Source of the DNA: Gemmatimonadaceae bacterium
GTDB taxonomy: Bacteria > Gemmatimonadota > Gemmatimonadetes > Gemmatimonadales > Gemmatimonadaceae
Assembly: GCA_033763905.1 (NCBI GenBank)
Contig: JANRJP010000128.1
Location: 1-19,066 of the forward strand
Reading direction: 5' to 3'
Length of the DNA: 19,066 nt
Each line of letters opens with the position of its first letter. Position 1 is the stretch's first letter. Positions 15,049 to 19,066 of this stretch are shown piece by piece. The notes under the pieces were generated by a model, which saw only the letters and a list, made by a program, of their open reading frames with translations, did not search any database and was not told where the DNA came from. Position numbers and translations under genes: made by a program.

Positions 15049-17595
15049 GTGGAAGACCTCGCTGCCACCCTGCAGGCCTCGCTCGGCGACCGCTACTCCG
15101 TCGTCCGCGAACTTGGGCGTGGTGGCATGGCCACCGTCTTTTTGGCCGAAGACGTCAAGATCGGCCGCAAGGTCGCGATCAAGGTGCTGCACCCCGAGCT
15201 CTCGGCGTCGATGGGGGCTGATCGCTTCCTCCGCGAGATCTCGGTCGCGGGCCGTCTGCAGCACCCCCACATCCTCGGGCTCTTCGACTCCGGGCAAGCC
15301 GGCGCGCTGCTGTACTACGTGATGCCGTTCGTCGAGGGCGAGTCGCTGCGCGACAAGCTCGACCGCGAAGGTCAGCTCAGCATCGAAGAGGCCATCCAGA
15401 TCACGCTCGAGGTCTGTGATGCGCTGGGGCACGCGCACGCGCAGGGCATCATCCACCGCGACATCAAGCCCGAGAACATTCTGCTGAGTAACGGTCACGC
15501 CTTGGTGGCCGACTTCGGCATTGCCCGGGCCCTGAGCGAAGGCGGACCGGCTCGGCTCACCCAGACCGGCATCGCCCTCGGCACGCCGGTGTATATGAGC
15601 CCCGAGCAGTCGATGGCGGATACGCTGACGCCGGCCGCGGACATCTACTCGCTCGGGTGCGTGCTGTACGAAATGCTCGCGGGCGAGCCGCCGTTCACCG
15701 GCAAGTCGATGCACGCGATCATGGCTCGGCACGCGATGGAAGCGGTGCCGAGCGTCCGCGTGATTCGCGCCACCGTGCCGGTCGAAGTCGAGGAAGCCAT
15801 CTTCGCCGCGATGGCCAAGACGCCGGTTGATCGCCCCAAGACGGCGTCCGACTTTGCGGCCCTGCTCGCAATTCCAGTCGACGGCACGACATCGTCGACC
15901 TCGGCGTTGCGCTCGCCCGCCGTGCGACGCGCCACCTTGGGCCGCGGCTTCACGGCGGCGGCTCCCGCGCGAACGGCGACTCCGCTGTGGAAGCGGCCCG
16001 CGGTGCTCGCCTCGGCGCTGGCAGGTGTCGCCACTCTTGCGGGCGGCGTGTGGTGGTTCACGAAGTCCTCGGGCCCGGCTGCCCCCAGCGGGCCTCCGCC
16101 GGATCAGATCGCGGTCCTCTACTTCGACGACAAGAGCCCCAACGGGGCCTTGGCGTACGTCGCCGACGGCTTGACCGAGAGCGTGATTCGGGCGCTCAAC
16201 GGCGTGCAGGGACTCGGCGTGGTGTCGCCGGGCGGTGTGGCGCCCTACCGCGCCACCACGGTGTCGTCCGATTCCATCTCACGGGCGCTCAAGGCCGGCA
16301 CGCTGGTGCGCGGCAGCATCGCGCCGAACGGCGACCAGCTCGACATCCGCATCCGGCTTGAGGACGCCACCGGCGAGGAGGTCGGCTCGACGTCCTTGAC
16401 CCTGCCGGCGCTGGCCCTCGTACAGATCCGCGACAGCGTGGCGCAGGCGGTGGCCACGAGCATTCGCTCGGTCGTCGGCCGCGAGATCACGGTGCGGCGC
16501 CAGCGCCTCACCACGCGCAGCGACCGCGCGTGGGGGCTGTACCAGCAGGGTGATCAGCGGCGCCGCGTCGCCGACGCCGCGGCTCGGGCAGGCGACACGG
16601 ATGCCGCGTCAGCGGCGTTTGCGATGGCCGACAGCCTGCTGGCTGGCGCCGAAGCGGCGGACCGCGACTGGCCTGCGCCGCTGGTTGGACGCGCGCTGGT
16701 GTCCTACGGCCGCTCCCGCGTCCCGGGGCTCGAAGCGCTCGCCATGCGTCCGCTTGTGGCCGAAGGCGTGGAACGGGTGAATCGCGCGCTCGCGCTCGAC
16801 TCGCTCAACGCCGACGCCTATGAAGTCCGCGGCAACCTCGTGTACTGGGCGTGGCTGCGAAAGACCAGCTCAGACGCCGCCGAGCGCGACCAGCAGCTCA
16901 AGTCGGCCCGCGCCGACTTCGAACGGGCCACCCAGATCGAGCCCAAGCAGTCCGGAGCCTGGGCCTCGCTGGCCCACCTGTACTTCAATACGCCGGATAA
17001 GCGGCTCCCCGATGTCGCCCGCGCTGCCACCGCGGCCTATGAAGCGGACGCGTACAATGAGCGCGCGGAAGTCACGCTCTCGCGGCTGTTCACGGTCACG
17101 TACGACCTTGAGCAGTGGGTGGATGCCGACCGCTGGTGCGGCGAGATGCGTCGGCGGTTCCCGAGCAGCCTGATTGCGCCGCGGTGCGAGTTGCGGCTCT
17201 TGACGTCAAAGGCCCGTCAGCCCGACGTAACCCGCGCGTGGCGCCTGGCGGACTCGGTGGTGCTACTGGCACCCAAGGCCCTGCAGCCCTTCGAGCGGCT
17301 CAGCAGCAACACCTATGTGGCGGCCGTGCTGGCGATGACGGGCAAGGCAGACAGCGCGAGGCACGTGCTCGAGCGCTCCTTGAACCCGGACATCGACAAG
17401 ACGCGCGACCTGTGGCAGAACGCCGCCTTCGTGTACGTCCTGTTGGGGGACAAAGCGGCCGCTGTCAGCGCCTTGTCGACGTATCTCCAAGCGAATGAGC
17501 AACGTCGGGCGGTCTTTTTCGTCGAGCCGTCCTGGTGGTATCGGCCTTTGTTCGGTACGCCAGAGTACGAGCGCCTGAAGCCAAAGACTGACTAA
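15049..17595 (+). CDS. Membrane Hanks-type Ser/Thr protein kinase with TolB_N-like and TPR-like C-terminal region
   Basis: LGRGGMATV, VAIK, HRDIKPENILL, DFG, GTPVYMSPEQ, DIYSLG. TM segment VLASALAGVATLAGGVWWF. IAVLYFDD..YVADGLTESVI is TolB_N-like. TPR-like RALALDSLNADAY and RATQIEPKQSGAW follow. Start reassigned to GTG 15049 (848 aa). Confidence 0.95.
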   Translation: MEDLAATLQASLGDRYSVVRELGRGGMATVFLAEDVKIGRKVAIKVLHPELSASMGADRFLREISVAGRLQHPHILGLFDSGQAGALLYYVMPFVEGESLRDKLDREGQLSIEEAIQITLEVCDALGHAHAQGIIHRDIKPENILLSNGHALVADFGIARALSEGGPARLTQTGIALGTPVYMSPEQSMADTLTPAADIYSLGCVLYEMLAGEPPFTGKSMHAIMARHAMEAVPSVRVIRATVPVEVEEAIFAAMAKTPVDRPKTASDFAALLAIPVDGTTSSTSALRSPAVRRATLGRGFTAAAPARTATPLWKRPAVLASALAGVATLAGGVWWFTKSSGPAAPSGPPPDQIAVLYFDDKSPNGALAYVADGLTESVIRALNGVQGLGVVSPGGVAPYRATTVSSDSISRALKAGTLVRGSIAPNGDQLDIRIRLEDATGEEVGSTSLTLPALALVQIRDSVAQAVATSIRSVVGREITVRRQRLTTRSDRAWGLYQQGDQRRRVADAAARAGDTDAASAAFAMADSLLAGAEAADRDWPAPLVGRALVSYGRSRVPGLEALAMRPLVAEGVERVNRALALDSLNADAYEVRGNLVYWAWLRKTSSDAAERDQQLKSARADFERATQIEPKQSGAWASLAHLYFNTPDKRLPDVARAATAAYEADAYNERAEVTLSRLFTVTYDLEQWVDADRWCGEMRRRFPSSLIAPRCELRLLTSKARQPDVTRAWRLADSVVLLAPKALQPFERLSSNTYVAAVLAMTGKADSARHVLERSLNPDIDKTRDLWQNAAFVYVLLGDKAAAVSALSTYLQANEQRRAVFFVEPSWWYRPLFGTPEYERLKPKTD

Positions 17596-17750
17596 TTGTC
17601 AGACACCTCACCCGGTCGGCACGTAACGAGTGTGGCGGGTAGGCGACGGTCTCTTTCCTTTTCGGAAACGTGGCGTGACATTTGCGGCCACAGGCGTAAC
17701 GGTATCGGGCAATTCGCCCGTTCCGCACTCGCAGCTTGAGGGTCCCGCGC

Positions 17751-19066
17751 ATGCGTCGGTTGTCCTTGGCGGCCGTTGCCGCTCTTTTCGCTCTCGGTGC
17801 CTGCACCGACAGTACCGCGCCTGATGCGCGGATCGATCTCCCTGCTGCACAGGAAGCGCCGGTCGTCGAGACGTACGATGCGACGGCCGTTGCGCAGTGC
17901 CCCGTCATCTCCGAAGCTGAGCTCCGCGCGCTGGTTGCGCAGGCTCTCCGCGGCCGAGCGGCGAACGGGCGCGTCGGGCTTGGGATGTTCGACGCTGCAT
18001 CACAAGTGAGGCGTCGAAACATCAGGGCCGCCCGGATCCTGGTCTGGGGCTTGGCCGAATTCATCTACAAGCGCCGCTCCGAGGCCCTGCCGGCGGAAAC
18101 GATGGCTCGCCTGATCAACGGGTTGCTGTGCTGGGTCGGCCTGCCGCCCCGGATCCCGCAGAACACCGACTCGTTCTTTATCCTCCCGAGCGACACCGCG
18201 CAGGTCGTCCTTCGTGGGGACCGGCAGGCTGGCGTCCTGCTTCCGCCCAACCCGGTCGGCGAGCCGTCGATTCTGACGATCGACTACGCTGATACCATCC
18301 GGCTCAATACGAAGTACGACCAGTACCCGGGTGGTGCGAACATCACGCTGTCGTCGCCGCTGGTCGGCACGGCGGTCGTTGCGGTCTGCCCGAGCGCGGC
18401 GCTGACCGACACGGTCGTGCTCAACCGCCTGCGCCTGGGTCATCAGGCCAGCTTCGGCTTCGAGATTCTGCCGCCCGCCGACCCGACGCCGGTTGGGCTC
18501 GACTGCTCGATCCCCACGGCCTCGGTGCCGACCAGTCTCGTCGGCCGGATGGTCGCATCGGTTGGCAAGCTGATCCTCCCGAAGACGTTGCAGGCCAAGA
18601 CCAGCGTCGCCTTCCTTGGCGGTGGCGTCGGTGGGTCGGCGAGCGAGTTCAGCCCCTTCGCACCGATCGATCCGGCGCTCAGCTTCGGCGGCGGTGTCGG
18701 TGGCTCGGCCTCCGAGTTCCTCCGCTCGGCCGTGGCGAACAGCAGCACCTGCGAAACGATGACCGGCGCGATCGGCTCGCCGCTCCGCGAAGCTTGCCGT
18801 CCGCAGGTGACCATCACCACGCCCAACGGCACGCCCTTCGTCGGCGTCCCGGTGCAGTTCAATGTGCTGAGCGGCGGTGGCACGGTCGGGCTTGAGGGTG
18901 CGTCGGCCTCCTGCAGCGCGTTGGCGGGATCGGCGAACGGCACGACCAACAGCGCTGGCGTACTCCGCGCCTGCTGGACGCTCGGCCTCACCCCGGGCGC
19001 GAACGGACTCCGGGCGGCGCCGAGCCTCGGTGGCGATGCGCTGCCGGGCACGGTGTTCCTGCCGTC
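17751..19066 (+). CDS. Large hypothetical lipoprotein with Ig-like (Big_1/invasin-type) domain, 3' truncated; absent from ORF track
   Basis: Hand-translated: 438 codons without a stop from ATG 17751. SD GAGGGT upstream. MRRLSLAAVAALFALGA|C lipobox. PQVTITTPNGTPFVGVPVQFNVLSGGGTV...TTNSAGV..WTLG..PGAN resembles Big_1. GC3-rich codon usage. Confidence 0.88.
   Translation, partial: MRRLSLAAVAALFALGACTDSTAPDARIDLPAAQEAPVVETYDATAVAQCPVISEAELRALVAQALRGRAANGRVGLGMFDAASQVRRRNIRAARILVWGLAEFIYKRRSEALPAETMARLINGLLCWVGLPPRIPQNTDSFFILPSDTAQVVLRGDRQAGVLLPPNPVGEPSILTIDYADTIRLNTKYDQYPGGANITLSSPLVGTAVVAVCPSAALTDTVVLNRLRLGHQASFGFEILPPADPTPVGLDCSIPTASVPTSLVGRMVASVGKLILPKTLQAKTSVAFLGGGVGGSASEFSPFAPIDPALSFGGGVGGSASEFLRSAVANSSTCETMTGAIGSPLREACRPQVTITTPNGTPFVGVPVQFNVLSGGGTVGLEGASASCSALAGSANGTTNSAGVLRACWTLGLTPGANGLRAAPSLGGDALPGTVFLP
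18618..18719 (+). repeat. Intragenic duplicated 11-aa motif GGGVGGSASEF (2 copies, 69-nt period)
   Basis: 18618-18650 and 18687-18719 encode identical peptides with multiple synonymous codon differences. Confidence 0.85.

Noticed and set aside
15049..17595. Kinase plus helicase plus TerB as an anti-phage defence system
   Set aside because: The genes are far apart and in separate units. The helicase is a housekeeping DEAD-box type and the kinase is a membrane receptor type. No nuclease or mobility genes are present.
17596..17750. c-di-GMP or other known riboswitch (GGGCAA stem, GGAAAC)
   Set aside because: The conserved elements of c-di-GMP-I (GAAA tetraloop stem followed by GACGCAAAGC) are not present, and I recognise no other known motif.
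18443..19051. 202-aa minus-strand ORF and other short ORFs at the right end
   Set aside because: Antisense or out-of-frame shadows of the lipoprotein at 17751, which has an SD, a lipobox and proper codon bias.
1..19066. CRISPR arrays, tRNA/rRNA, transposases, integrases, compositional islands
   Set aside because: None seen by eye. The window is almost fully coding with uniform high GC and no regularly spaced DNA repeats.

Overview
High-GC bacterial chromosomal window, about 19 kb, densely coding. It holds 16 supportable CDS, two of them truncated by the window edges. I found no rRNA, tRNA, CRISPR or mobile element. Gene content suggests Gemmatimonadota or a similar lineage (inference from the kinase-TolB_N-TPR protein, exported DinB, DUF5916, HEAT-cyclophilin and Ig-like lipoprotein). 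The left 10 kb carries four different monovalent-cation transport genes (Kup, CPA2-TrkA_C antiporter, KirBac-like channel, CPA1 Na+/H+ antiporter). They are interleaved with a hotdog thioesterase, an M48 lipoprotein protease, a TerB-family protein, a methyltransferase-like protein, a DEAD-box helicase and an exported DinB protein. The right half has a CBM9/DUF5916 outer-membrane protein, an NTF2 / HEAT-cyclophilin / fatty-acid-hydroxylase operon, a membrane Ser/Thr kinase, and a large Cys-rich lipoprotein missing from the ORF track. The most notable observations are: a Kir-type channel whose K+ filter reads TTSGTG instead of TxGYG; the lipoprotein with a duplicated GGGVGGSASEF motif; mirror-image TAGATT boxes suggesting leaderless divergent promoters; and convergent gene ends that overlap or embed a hairpin in coding sequence. 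No complete novel system can be claimed from sequence alone.
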